From Mytilus californianus (taxonomy: Eukaryota): a stretch of 64,000 nt of DNA. This document shows positions 45,439 through 59,740 of this stretch, one piece after another; position 1 is the first letter of the stretch, and each line of letters begins with the position of its first letter. Position numbers and translations under genes: made by a program. Location of the stretch: assembly GCF_021869535.1 (NCBI RefSeq), contig NW_026262679.1, positions 41,416,001 to 41,480,000 on the forward strand, written 5' to 3'. The notes under the pieces were generated by a model. That model was given only the letters and a program-made list of their open reading frames with translations. It ran no database searches and was not told the origin of the DNA.

Positions 45439-48240
45439 TCTAGTCTTCATATTCCGTTCACTACAATAACATTCCATTGGAAGCGGGTGATTGTTATTTG
45501 GGAGGGGGGATTTTTTGTTTTTCTTTTTTTTTTTTTTTTTCCTTTTTTTTTTTCTTTTAAAATTTTCCATTTTAAGTTGGTTATTTCTGATTAATATTTA
45601 AAAGCAAATAATATGGAAATGCAGTATTCGAATGTCAATCAATTACATTTATTTTTAAATTTCCAAATCATTCAATTAAACTGTTAGATATTCCAGACTT
45701 CATGCAGACCAACTAAACAGAAATAGTTCATTTTTAGATTTTTTTCTTTATTTACAATTAATCTTTTCAAAATATATCCAATATATAAAATAAGTTTTAA
45801 AGATTACATATATAACATGTTAATAAAACACTTTTCGTTAAAATGTTCTTAAAACATCCTACTATTTTAACTGCAGTCTTCCTTCCAACTATAATTGAAA
45901 ATATTTGAAGACCGAGGATGTCCACATTTCTGCAATACAACTTCTGTCCTTTTTGCTATGCTTTCTGAAAATAATAATTTTTCGAAGAAAAAATAACCAA
46001 AGAATCACGAGTAGTAATTTGATAAATAAGCACGTGCAGGACGACATCAGAATTGATTAAGATGTGTTTTTGATTCATTCGCTCGACACTTAGATATGTC
46101 TGCCACGACACAAAGTGCTAAGAATACACTCTAGCCAATAAAATATTATTAGTAAAGTTATTATCGTAATAATGGTCCAGGAATCGACTTTTAAGAGCTT
46201 CTAAGATTAATTACGACAGCAACTTATAGCTCACATAAAACAGTTAATATCATTTCACGACCCAAAATATTTAAATGGATATTTGTCAGAGACTATTAAA
46301 GTTTGATGAATTGCACCGGAAATCAGGGATTTATCGCATTTAGAATTCCGGTATTAATTATCGAACCGTGAGCGATTTCAACTTGTGCATGCCGTACCTT
46401 ACAACTGATGGGCCATTGCAAATAATGTTTAAAGAGACATGTAGATTTTGATTTACAAAGCTGCTCAAACAAAGGTTCTCACTTGAGAATGAAATATTTC
46501 TATAAAAATAAAGTTTGCCTTACGGTTTTTTTGCAGGTCTAAAAATGTTTGCTTCAAATTTATGCTTCAAACTACTGAAAGTATAATTTTTTTATTTATC
46601 GAAATTAAATGTTAAAAGTAAAATTAACGGGGTGGCAGCTTTTTTTGGACCGATATTGTCAGGAGTGTTTCAGTAGGTTTAGAGTATACTTCAATGGATA
46701 TCATACCCTCCGTTAGAGAGCAACAGAAGACATCCACTCAATCTGGGCTATTGGTTCTTGGCTTTGTGTATACCGAATATATGACGAGAATAAACATGTT
46801 TACATGTGAATAGTGTTGTATCAAGTTACAAACTGCGAACTGTTTTAAATATCAAACCACAGTTTTTTTCATTGGTGTAAAAAGCAAACCACAGATTGTC
46901 CATTGATGTTTAAAAAAACCTGCATATTGTGTATTGAAGTAAATATCAATTATATACCATCTGTATACCTAAAATCAATAATTAACGCAGATGTACTGTT
47001 TGTAGGTTATTCCTTTTTTGTATGACAGGTGTAAAAAGAGTTTAAAATAAATTGAACAGAAAACATCAAAGATCTGACATCACAAAATTCTCAATAAAGT
47101 AAAGACAATTCCTGACAAAGTTTCAAACATGAATTGGTCGGCTTATATAGACAAATTGTAGATAAGGTGTGCTTGCCAATGAGACGTCTGACCACCAAAG
47201 ACCAACGGACAATGATGTAAATGTCTTGTTCAAATGTGAAGTATCTGAATAGAAAGAGTTGTTGAGTATACTCGTCAACATACGTGGTTTACAACACAAG
47301 ATAGGTGTCTAAGGCTTGGGAATAGAAATTACAGCGACTTTTAAAAATCTGCATCAACACCAAATTCCCTAAACGAAAAAACAAATAAAAAACCTAAAAC
47401 ATTGCTGGGGACAAGGTATCTGACTTATTCGGGTACATGAACATGTTGCGGGAATAAACAAATATATTTATGCAGTAATTTTTCTCTAGCCACATGATAC
47501 GCTGCAGATAAGACAAACCGATTAAAACCGTAGAAGTATACTTTCCTTAAATTGTATTGCAATATTCACTTTTGTACTTAGTGTCTAATTCAATAAATGT
47601 TAAAATCTTTTCAAGAAAAGTCAATTAAAGCGAATGAACTACATTAAACGATGGTTTGATTTTAAATAAGGCGATGTTTTGTAATATCTTCAGGTACTCT
47701 GGAAAATTAATATTAACTTCATTCATTCAACAATCTTTTCGATGCTTATACTAAATTCGTTTGAAATGGTTTATTACTCTAATTTGAGATTTCTAGACTT
47801 TTGTCCTATAGTTTATACATATATATAAAGGCTGTGTAGAAAGAAAGTATTGCTTTATACTTTCAATGGACTTTATTAAGGTCCCATCTTTTTGAAAATC
47901 ATTTTTTCTATACGATATGATTTTTGCTCATTGACGAAATCCGTGCAGTCACTTACAATTATTTACATATTCTTATTTTATAATGTTCTCAGTTACGTAA
48001 AACTTGCCACAACAGTCTTTTTACTGAAATTTTAAAAATCGTATGCTCATCCAACAACCAATCCTTTTTGTCGAAAATCGAAGATCCGCTCTGCCAATGT
48101 TGAACACCAAGTAATAGAGTATAGAGTATAGAATGTAAATTCTAAATAGTCAAGGAGGACTGGAGATCGCAAGCAAGCAAGCACAGGTCTTGGCTATCAC
48201 AATTCTACCCAATATATTAGTCTGGCTTAAAATACGACCT

Positions 48241-48780
48241 TTTTTCCAAGTTATTTTAACTCTGTAGATATTATGTAACGTAGACAGCAGGGTATAAGTA
48301 TTTTCCCAAGTTATTTTAACTCGGTAGATACTATGTAACGTAGACAGCAGGGTAAAAGTATTTTCCCAAGTTATTTTAACTCGGTAGATATTATGTAACG
48401 TAGACAGCAGGGTAAAAGTATTTTCCCAAGTTATTTTAACTCGGTAGATATTATGTAACGTAGACAGCAGGGTAAAAGTATTTTCCCAAGTTATTTTAAC
48501 TCGGTAGATATTATGTAACGTAGACAGCAGGGTAAAAGTATTTTCCCAAGTTATTTTAACTCGGTAGATACTATGTAACGTAGACAGCAGGGTAAAAGTA
48601 TTTTCCCAAGTTATTTTAACTCGGTAGATATTATGTAACGTAGACAGCAGGGTAAAAGTATTTTCCCAAGTTATCTTAACTCGGTAGATACTATGTAACG
48701 TAGACAGCAGGGTAAAAGTATTTTCCAAGTTATTTTAACTCGGTAGATATTATGTAACGTAGACAGCAGGGTAAAAGTAT
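48241..48780. repeat. 60-bp minisatellite, 9 near-identical copies
   Basis: tttcccaagttattttaactcggtagatattatgtaacgtagacagcagggtaaaagtat in tandem. Confidence 0.95.
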
Positions 48781-50620
48781 GACATTTGTGTTTATGGTCA
48801 TCCTGTTTGTGAGGTTTTTTTTTCTTGTTTTTTTTTTCTTTTACGACATATGGCAGGTATAGGTTTGTGCGCACATGAAACTGGTTTATCCATTCTACAT
48901 TTCGTGCCCGTACCAGTTCCCGCCAAACACGAGAAAGGTGGAAGTGCAGCTTTCGGTAGATTTCTACACATACAGGCGATGTAAGAAACAAAGCAGTGCA
49001 TACTTTACAGTCACTCCCTCTCGTTACAGGTATGCCAGTGTACAAATTTAAGGATGTTCAAACCCCAAGAGATCTTTTTTGTGTATTTGTTTTTGTAACA
49101 CTAAGATGGCTTTTGTCAAAGTTGAACACCTAGTGATTATCATATTTAAAGAAAGTTAAATATCCTTTTCTTTTCTGAAACTACTAGACAAAGATTGATT
49201 GCATTGAATGGAAGGATTTTAACAAAGATTTGTCTACTCCTCCATCTTGAAAACCCTCATCCAGCTGAAAACATTTTACTCTATCATACTATAAAAAGGG
49301 AAAGCAAGAAGTTCCCGGGCGCAATAGATTAATGTACGGAGTTTGCAATAAGATGGGACCCGGAGAAACGGATTATCATGGAACTTCGGTATGGATGCAA
49401 AATACGAGATTCCAAGGGAGTTTATAATAAAACCATTCACAAAGAAATAACACGAACGAACTAAAACCTAGGCAAGGACTGGAGTTTTCCCGTATTGTAA
49501 ATATATCCTTGGTCCATAAAAATGTAATAGCCAATATAATACTGCAACAGTTCTCCGTACGTACCAATTCTAGTTAAGGGAAACCTACATTCATATTTAT
49601 GCATAGGCAATTATTTCAGACACAGAACACATTTTTTCTATAGTCAATTGTTTATTACAGTTTTACACAGTAGAAAACAATTATTTAAACAATGATCCTA
49701 CTGAGTAAATTACAAATATCGTTTTAAACAAGATATACACAAAACCTCATGGCACAGATATAAACAGAAATATATATCGGAAATGTGAAAATATTCTAAG
49801 AGTTTTTATGTTCTCCAAAATGTACACAAATATTTGCTTTATTCCACTGTTAGCCCTAAACAGCTTTCCTATGGACAAACTGTGAATATTGCAAAACAAT
49901 ATATCTTTACAACAAAGAAGACAATAGTGTAAGTGTCATTAGTGATGGTAAAAATGATATTTGGTAAAAACATAATGTATATAACACTTCTTTATCTCTT
50001 TAAGTGTATTTTCTCAATTTGGTTTAAATGGAAATTTTCACCTGCTTGCGTTTTTATCACTTCTCGTGTATTATATCTATCTAAATATCCGCTATTACCA
50101 TTTATTGCATTAAATAATTAATAAATAAATACCGAAATTATATGGCAATAAATTACAGGACGCAAATGTATGCAGATATATTTTCTGCTTATTTGACTGT
50201 CATTGATAAAGAATTTTACAATACCTTTAGCACATACATTGAACGACAAACATATTAATAGCACTACAATTCATTTGTAAGAGTCATCTCAAAAGATGTA
50301 CCCTTTACATCACAAAAATGATAACCTCTACTATGTCGGCAAGATCGCTAAAAGTTGCACCATTATTTTTTATATCAATCTTAACTAAATGTTTTACAAC
50401 TATTGTAGTCAAATACTTTATACTCTTGTATTTTTAAGTTCAATTCCGTAAATTACAAATAAAAGGGAATTTGTGAACAGAAAAATAAACCACAAAATCT
50501 TGAGTAATTTCGACTCAAATTTCACTGTTATATTCCTTAGCAATACGAAAGAAGTCATTTGAATCTATGGATATATACAGAAATAAAATGTTACGGTAAT
50601 ATTTATGGAAAGTTGAGATT

Positions 50621-51166
50621 TCACCGGAATCCTGATAAGGTAACAGTGTGTTCTAATGCTTTCCGACGTAATGACGCTATACTTGATCCTCGCCAAGCCT
50701 CTCCTATCTCTTGCATTCCACACGTCATCTGTGTATTTGACATCGCCGGTGGCGAGTTTGAATTTGACTGTAGGGGAGAAGAACAACTCGCAACTTGGAC
50801 TCCATAGTTGGAATTATAAATAGAACTTGCATTAGGCATGAGGTTATTACCAAGTGACACATTAACAGCATCAGCCAGGCCTGCTATTGATACTTGTGAT
50901 CCAAATCCTTGTCCAAGTCCTTGTCTCTGTAAGGATGACGGAAAAGTAAGGGGATTTCCGTTGATAGATCCTCCTAAATTTGTCATTCCGGACATACTTG
51001 ACATTCCAGACCAGCGAGTATCTGATGGATGAAAACCACAAAGACCATCATTCATAGAACCAAAGTGAGGTAATCCGGGTGATGGTAGTAGAGCCCCAGG
51101 TGTTCGGAACACGTTTGTGGTCTTCTTCCTCTTCTTCCATTTAGCTCTTCGGTTTTGAAACCAAAC
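50621..51166 (-). CDS. Otp: Otp last exon (helix 3 end to OAR motif)
   Basis: ttttcag|GTTTGGTTTCAAAAC; stop TGA at 50621-50623. Confidence 0.95.
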   Translation of the reverse strand, partial: VWFQNRRAKWKKRKKTTNVFRTPGALLPSPGLPHFGSMNDGLCGFHPSDTRWSGMSSMSGMTNLGGSINGNPLTFPSSLQRQGLGQGFGSQVSIAGLADAVNVSLGNNLMPNASSIYNSNYGVQVASCSSPLQSNSNSPPAMSNTQMTCGMQEIGEAWRGSSIASLRRKALEHTVTLSGFR

Positions 51167-54100
51167 CTGAAAAGATCATAGATTTAATGTGTGATGTTTT
51201 TTACGTCTATATCGTACATGTACTAACTTGACAACCAATGAGTTTCCAGTTAAAATTAATATTAAATTAAATAAAGTGTATCTCTATTACATATGTATAA
51301 AATTTGAAAATACAATTTATTACTCCTTTTTGCAAGATTTCTTTATATAAACTTTATTCAAAAACCTAAAAGCAAGTCACCTGCTAACGACACAGGGGTA
51401 CACACAATAAATCTTATTAATACTGCTTTACTTGCATAAAAATAATAGTACATAGTAAATAGTCTTCATTCATAATTATCTATAATTCTAATATTCGCCA
51501 TATCATTTTGCTCTATTATAAACAAAATAGTGATCGAAAGAGGTCAAGAAAGTATTTAAAAATCCATACTAGGGTGAGCTTCTATTAATTCAAATACAAG
51601 ACCAACGAAAATAAGAAACTGGCGACATGAGGTTGATTCATTTGGTCAAACGTTTAACCATTTTTTTAATTCTATGCGCGTAGCATTAATCTACCTTAAC
51701 ATCATAAAAACACATTTACATTGACTGGCCATACCTAAAAACTCATGTATAGGTGTAAATAATTATAAAAACCTTTGTAACATAAACCAATAAATTGTCT
51801 TCCTACGCAATGCAGTCTAACTATCTGGAACCGTTTCACAGACGTCACATAATCTTACTATTATTGGAATCTTTAATGTGCTAATGACACCCTCGTTCTT
51901 TGGCAAAAACACCTAAACCCAAAACAAAACAAAACAAAAAACGCACGGAAGCATCTAGATAATGTAACTTCCATGTGTTTTTTTTTTGTTTTATTTTGTT
52001 TTGGGGTTGGGTGTTTTAAATTTTATCCTTTCCGGTTGTTACCGATCCATGCAGTGACGCCATATTGTTTTATAAACATCATTTATGACCTTTGCTTCAA
52101 TTCGTGTCAAGATGTAGTTTCGGACAGACATAAAGTTGTCTAAAATTGATAACAATGGAGACACGTTATGATTCTGTCTCCATGGTATTGTTTTTCTTTC
52201 CAATCTGCACATGGTCTTAAAACACGCAAAAGAATTCTAATTAGACTCATATAGAGTGAATGATGACGCTTAAGACGGTTGCGATTTTGGCTGACATTTG
52301 GGACGTTTATCCTTCACTATTGTAAATTTATGCAAATTTTCGTTCCCGTTTGGAATTTCCTGCTTCCATTATTCATGTTGTTATATTTTTTCGGGTAATC
52401 CATTTCATGTATTTTTCCAACTCGCCATTCTTTTATAGCTTATGTATGCATGCATGCATACTTTAAATCGTAAAATTCTTAAAACAGAAACATTATAGTA
52501 TCTCCTATTTTAACATACAAAATTACAGTGTGTTACGATGCTGATAATAGACGTTTTTCCTTTATAATTAATTAAAAAAAAACATTTTTTGGTAAATAAA
52601 ATTGAGAATGGAAATGGGGAATGTGTCAAAGAGACAACAACCCGTACATTTTTGTGTGTGTACATAATTCATCAGGTTCCGCTGCTGTTTGACAATTGGC
52701 CCTTAAGGGAACATTTTGTCCAGTAAACAGTGCTTAAGTATTCGCTGTAAATCTTAAGTTCATAAAATTGTGTAATTTCATAATTCTAAGATTGCAAGTT
52801 CATCACGCGAATTTTATTATTGTTTTCCATGTTCTGTTTTGATCATTGTGAATTTTATGGTCTTTATTTTGTCTTCCGGGCGTAGCTGATGACGGTAAAA
52901 CCAAAAACAGCTGTTGTGTATACGCCGGAAAATATATCATACGATTTATTTTAATATAGATCACAATCAGATTATTTGAGAACTGAAATAACGATTGATT
53001 GTTGGTTGCTTTACTAAAATTACGTCAACTTAACCTCTTTCTCCTTTTTAATATCAAATGAAGAAGGAAAAAAAATAGCGAATTTCTGCGACAAGGCTTA
53101 CAATAAAATAGTTTTAGTGTGAACTTTCGTTTTGCTTTGTTTTATCATTTAGCTCTATCTGTACTACTAGTAATATACTTCTTACTCTTCGTGTTCTAAA
53201 TGAGTGTAACCCATCAAGTTACTTCGAACGAATCAAAGCCGGTATTTTAGAACATTGAATTGTATAAAATGTTATCTTCATAACTAACGGTGAGTTCGGT
53301 TTATTTTTATCCGTAAACCTACGCATTTAAGGAACACAAAAATTATTTGACCAATGTCGGCATTTAAAAAGACTATCGTTTTCTGTAACATTTTCCTGAA
53401 TGTGGCCATGTTTGTTTTTGTCCATTCCATTAGTTAATAGATGGTCAATAAACGGCTTTTAATATTGGTTAGTAAGTGTTGAAATCAAAAATCAAATATA
53501 ACATACCTACAATAGATTTAAATGCTAATACAATTAATTGTAATGTGTGTAAATAGTCAATATCAATACCAAGCTTTGAAGTTTAAGGTCTCATTGAGAT
53601 AAATGTCATCAATTTTTGCTAAAAGTTGGACACGATCCCTGAAAGCGAGAATTTCCAAAATAAAAAAGGTTACAAAATTATCTTCTTGTTATTCATAAAA
53701 CTCTTTGAATTCCATTGTTATAGATAACCAATTATTTTTCCTTCGTTTTTGTTTTAAAAATATGTAAGTTTAATCGCTGAGTTCTCGTGTCATTTCATTC
53801 AAACATGTAAAGTCATCAATTTCTGTACAGTGCGACCATCGAGGGACAAGCGCTGACGTACCCGCATTGCATTTTTCACTGACAATCGAATATACTCGCA
53901 CGCAATGCTACAACCTAGAGGATTCCAGCTAATATTTCAGTCCACACGCGGATGAAATTGGAGATCCTCGTGTGTATTTCGTTATGGGAAGAAGCTGAGA
54001 AAAGTTAATAGTGTAATTATCTGGGTGTCAAATGTAAATGAAGTCCGCTTCTTTTAAGGATATAATATAATCTGTATGTTAATTATGGTGTCTAATTTGC

Positions 54101-57100
54101 GTGTGACGGTTATATATCAAAACCCTATTTAGACAAACAGGAGACAAATGATAGTGCTATACAAATCAATTTTAACAGGTGTGTTATAATTAAATAATGT
54201 TATTATATTCATTACAAATAAAAGATATCGGTCAAAATTATTCTAGATCATGAAAATACGCCGAAAAAAATAAATATCCATCTTATTTATTAGACTGTTC
54301 CCTGAGGTATATTTTAAAGAAGTCGGGTTTGTCTCAGACCAATTTTCAAGACTGTTTCCATACATATAACGAAACTAAATGTCATCATCGGCATAAACAA
54401 ATAAGTATATATACTTCTTGAAATTTCCGGCTGGAATATCATCTGACAAGCCTTAAAATAATTCTTTTGAACCAATGGTTCGAGTTACGGTAGATATTTT
54501 TAATCTATTTTATATGGATAATGCACTTATAAAACCTTTTATAAGGTCCGAATCGGTTAATGTCAAATAAACTGAAACGGACAAAGTCTCGAGCATAATA
54601 ATAGATACTGTTGGCATGTTTAAATATTGATGTACTTTTATTTGTGGTCATTTTTGTTTAAAACGATACGAAATGTGTCGGTATACTTCAAAGAAATGTT
54701 TTCTATATTGTTTAACTGAAATAAACAAGGCTTTAGTCCAAAAATATTCACAATAAAGTGCAATAGACAGACAGTACATAATGATTTTTTTTTTCAAAAC
54801 GTCGAAGTATTTAAAATAGTATATTTGCTTAAATATATTTCATTGTAAAAACTACTCGAGCCAAAGATAACAGGACACAGGGTACGAACCACTCATGTAC
54901 TTAGGCTATCAAACTTCTGATTTTAAAGGATTTGGTTTACTAGAGTCTCTTGTTTAAAACGCTAAACGTTATTGTGCGTATTAAATGTCTCTAATTAAAA
55001 TTGAAATATAGCAGTTATAGTTTAATAATAAATTTCCACAATGAATAATCAATAAAAAAATAAATAGGAAAAGTCAAGTTGAACTGGAACTAATAGATAA
55101 ATGTATTACTCCCATAGTTGAATCATCAATTTAATGCTAGATTTATTTGCAGCAAGTTTGTAATGTAATTGTCTAAAAAGCATAAGTTGATAAATATTAT
55201 ACAACCGTTTCGTCATTTTCATTAGAAATTATTATTTGTAACGTAAAAGATGGCTGTTTAGTTCACACTTTTATGTTATAGTATACATGTATTATATTTT
55301 TACTATATTTTTATGTTATGTGTATTATATTTTTTGTTTTATTTTGTGTTCCTTTAAACAAAAAAGAAATTAATTTGATATCTTTGCCCTGTTTATCGTA
55401 TTTTGTTATATCTTTCTTTTTTCATATATTTTTATGTTATTCACACGGCACGTAATGAATTATAATTCATATAGTATTTAGTACCATAACACCTTAATAT
55501 TTGATCCTATCAAGTTAACTGAATAGATAAATATCATATATTGAAACAAAAACGCATTCATCAAGTTTATCAAAATAAATAAAATCTGATCGGAACATTT
55601 TTATTTGGTAAAATTTCCCTCCTATGCAAATACTCTCCAAAATTTGAAACCAATGTTTCTAACTCTGACACATATTAAATAGTTCGCCGCTAACAAAAAT
55701 AACAGAATAAAAGACTAAATTCTTTTGATCAGATCATAAAAACAATGTTTATCATAAAAAAAAAAGTTCCTGTTCAAAATTTTGTGATCTAAAAAGACCA
55801 TTCCGCTTACTATTAAAATTTACTGCAATTAATTAAGATTAGACTATAAAAAGTAAAGTTTTTAAATAACTTATATGGAACTTTGGACTTGTTTAACAAC
55901 GTATGAAATTATTTTATTCAAATTAATGCACGAAAAAATTGGAAAAAAACCGTTACTTTTCCAGTTCTTACTTTCTTCAAAAAGATTTTAAAGCTCCATC
56001 AAAATGGGATTCATAGTATTACATATGTTTTATCATAATATTTATGCATTAATATATGAATGAACATACAGATATGCCCAAATTCCTCAAATGGTGTTAA
56101 TGGAATTTGGAAATTAAAAAATAAATCTGTTTCTGAAATTAAAAAAATAAAACTGGATAAAATATAATTATTGATTTAAGGTGACATACCTGGACTCGTG
56201 ATTCTGTTAAACCAATTCTCAAAGCTAGTTCTTCTCTCATGAAAATATCAGGATAGTGTGTTTTAGCAAAGTTTCTCTCCAGTTCATTCAGCTGGGCCGG
56301 TGTAAATCTTGTCCTATGACGTTTCTGTTTTGATCTCTCACTGTCTATTTCTGAACCACTGTCGGGCTCTTTGGAGGATCCGCTGTCACTATCCCCTCTG
56401 TTCAACATCTGAGAATTAGTCATTGTGGGCTTCAAGTCTGGAAAAGAAGGCGTGAAGCTTACTTTTAAAAGTTCGGATCCAACAAAATATTAAAATCCAA
56501 ATACTGCCTCGAAAACAAGGAAATGTTGAACTCAGAAAAGTCATAAGATTCCGTCACATCTTTTTTCACGGTTTAAACGAAAGTTGAATAATCCGTCTTA
56601 AAAAATATGTTTAAAATTATAAATAGTTTTTTTTTACTATTATTTTGTAATTCTAACAGAAGTGAACAAAGTTAAAAAATATATATATGCAAATCACAGT
56701 ATGTTCAAGCTGTCTTCTGTGTGCAAAAACTTTACATATTTAATGCATTTTTATGATGAAAAGCCCAATTTAGCTATTGAAAATATCATGACTATAAAAT
56801 ATGTCCATATTTATTTTTTTGCAATTCTATAACGTGCGCGTTTAAAATCTAAATTAAACACTGCATTTTATATAATTTAATATTTTAATTTTGATTACAT
56901 TAAAGGTATAAGTATGCATATAACGGTAAATTAAACAAAGTGTAAATTAATATAAAATTCAATTCATATCAACATAACGTACATAAATACACGAATTCGT
57001 ACTGTTTTGCAATTTTCAAACATTTTCAGCAATTATTCATACCGAAATCTGTCTAATCAATGATAAATAATGATAAAACTGTTTTGGTATGTTGATATGG

Positions 57101-57812
57101 TTTGGCTATCACAGTTTTCATTCAAAAGCAAACTAGCAAGGGTATTTTATTCTATTTCAATATTTAATATCAAAATAAAACTGTCAAAAAACTTTACTTA
57201 CTATAACATGACTACTTTTGTTAATTATATTTCTTTGCAGAAAAAATACTTACTGTAGAATAAATCAAAGAACGGAACTCAAATAAATGGAAAGAAAAAA
57301 TTAAAAAATCTTTAAAAAAATAATCTTTTTGGATGGTTGGCAATGAGAATATAGTAAATTATATAGTAGTGCCGCTGTTTGTCCTCAAAAACAATGTGTA
57401 AATTTACTCCACTGGAAATTAACAAGACATAGATCATGATTGAAAATCAATATAGTCACTAACGAGTAATAATTAATTATATTAGTTAGCTAAATCAGAA
57501 TAATATATTGGCACAGCGCGCCTGAAATTTAATCAAATTTGGATGATTTAGTTCTAAACAATCTGGAAGAGAGAGCCAAAGATTTAATTTTCTTGCAAAT
57601 AAATTGAATAAAAGCTGAACCAACCGCCTTACTGGGTCTAATTCTCCAATTAAACCTTTGATGTTTCACTGGTCACTTGCTATTGTACAGAAATATTAAC
57701 CTGAAACCCGATTCCTATCAATAAATAAAAGAAAAAAGAGAAACTTACCTGTTTTTGGTGGCTTGGCAAGTGGCTCTTGAAAATATAAAGAGGAGTTGTT
57801 AACACCATCCAT
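50621..57812 (-). CDS. Otp: Homeobox protein Orthopedia, join(57812..57749,56437..56190,51166..50621), 285 aa
   Basis: Homeodomain [47 protein letters not shown]|[28 protein letters not shown] and C-terminal OAR motif [16 protein letters not shown]. Phases chain (1, 0); in-frame stop upstream of the ATG. Confidence 0.95.
51906..52017. repeat. Imperfect ~45-bp inverted repeat with 17-nt spacer in Otp intron 2
   Basis: aaaacacctaaacccaaaacaaaacaaaacaaaaaacgcacggaag / cttccatgtgttttttttttgttttattttgttttggggttgggtgtttt. Confidence 0.75.
56190..56437 (-). CDS. Otp: Otp homeodomain exon
   Basis: cttcttttccag|AC...CAG|gtatgt; canonical paired-class Q|V intron position. Confidence 0.95.
57749..57812 (-). 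CDS. Otp: Otp first coding exon ([21 protein letters not shown])
   Basis: Strong donor CAG|gtaagt, phase 1 matching the next exon; upstream in-frame TAA. Confidence 0.7.
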
Positions 57813-57914
57813 ATCAGTCGAATCAAGAAATACGAGTTGCGCTTGATTTTTGGTTCCAATTGCTTTTTAACACTCTCTGTCAAGTGTCTTGAATGTGGCA
57901 AAACTCGTCATTTG

Positions 57915-57919
57915 ATTGG
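57915..57919 (-). promoter_or_regulatory. CCAAT box upstream of Otp
   Basis: GCCAATC on the minus strand ~100 nt 5' of the predicted ATG; motif match only. Confidence 0.3.
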
Positions 57920-59544
57920 CTAAGACCTTTCTTTGAAAATGAGTGGACAACGCTATCAGTTTCACGCTGGTTTTCCAATACTGTGAAAATTCTGTCGTTT
58001 TAAGGTAAATAACGACTTTATATTGCATTAAAGGAACAATATTTTCATATGAAATGAAATATGACAAGAAAAACTTACAGTTTTGTATACATGTGTTTGT
58101 TCAAGTACACAATAAATGTTGACAATAATACCAAACCGAGAAATGTCCTTTCAATTTCGTCCAATATCAATAGTAATGAACTATTGGAAAGTCAATCGAC
58201 TTCTCTTAATGAAGATAAATATCCATAATTATTGTTAAGTATATGTTAATGCGACCTTTTTTTATATTAAGATGCGTGCTAATGATACTCGATATGCATA
58301 ACATTTTAAACTAAAACACCTTACTCCAAAAGAATTCGTTTTGTCCTCTCTTTAGGATTTGTTCTAGATATTCTTTTAAAATCCTACAGTGTTATAGGAT
58401 AGTTTAAAAAATTCTTATTTCAATAAATGTACGTATATTTATAATTCTAGAAATTAAGACTCGTACAACATTTCATGTACAATAAAGAATCTGTTAAATA
58501 AAGGAATACAAACTTTAAACTATATCTTAGAATTTATGCATTAGGAAAAGAATAGATGCTTTGTATTAAATTTATTTTCAACTGTAAAATTTCATCTTTA
58601 ACATGTTGCCAAAATGTATTCTCGAATTCAATGCAATCATTTTAGATAAATGATTAGTATATATAGGAAATTGTAAAGGGATAATTGCAAAATTAAAGCA
58701 GCTTTGGAGTAAAATTATTGTATTGTTTGAAACAAATATTTATATTGTACTATAAGAATCCTGGTTTGAAAGCAAATATATTTTTATGTTCTTCATTTTT
58801 CAAGAACGGATGCATCTAAAATAAATATATTTAATCAAAAACAATGATTGTTTTATGGAAAAGATTTATTAAATCAAAATTTTCACATTTAATCCTTTTC
58901 AAAAATTATTGTTCATGTGATTTTTTAAGAAGAAAAAACTATCAATGTCGGTAAGGGTTTGGTTTCAAACCAGGGATTATAAATCTATTTAATTAAAACT
59001 GACAGTATTAATTATTAGAGTAATAAGGTGGAACTTTGTTAAATTTAATGCACAAATACTTCATTAAAGTGAATACACTGATATCATAATTTTTACAATA
59101 ACATAAAATCGTTAAGCTGACGAGGTGAATGACAAGTTTTTCTCACTATTTTGTCGCGTGCGGCACCTTGCTTTTCGACAGGTGTTAATATCAAGCGGTT
59201 TTATGATTGTTAAAGAAAGAGATTAGATCGATAAGAATGTAACTCTCACCGCACATTTTATGATGGTATACAACAGTTTTGATGGACTAATAAAAGTATA
59301 TTATTGGCATGCCGTACAAACTATTGTGGCATCCGTGTTTCTCTCGCCATTGTGCGAGAAATGTTCAAAGACACAGGTGCGCGTGTCACTATTGTGTTAC
59401 ATCTGTTTTCGGTTTTTCAAAAATTCCGAAGAAGAGAATTATGTAAAAGAAGAAACTTGAGAAATACAATTTTTCTCTCTCACCTGCTTGTAACAGACAG
59501 ATTAAAAAAATAAACACTATGTATGTGAGTTGAAATATGACAAC

Positions 59545-59740
59545 AAATATTATTATTATTATTATTATTATCAGAGACATATAATACATAATATTGTTTT
59601 ATATGTCTCTGTTATTATTATTATTATTATTTATTCTTATTCTTATTCTTATTATTATTATTATTTATTCTTATTATTATTCTTATTCTTATTCTCATTT
59701 CTCAACAACAATAATAATTATAATAATACAAATTAGAAGT
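59545..59740. repeat. (TAT/TTA)n low-complexity microsatellite region
   Basis: Runs of tattattat, ttcttat and aataataat. Confidence 0.85.

Noticed and set aside
48150-48728. 192-aa ORF of 20-aa repeats
   Set aside because: Derives from a 60-bp minisatellite, starts at a non-ATG codon, and one unit is frameshifted; treated as non-coding.
57680-57901. 73-aa ORF overlapping Otp exon 1
   Set aside because: Wrong phase for the downstream exon and non-ATG start; the alternative frame MDGVNN... fits.
59530-59736. Poly-Tyr/Ile ORFs
   Set aside because: Translations of the TAT/TTA microsatellite.
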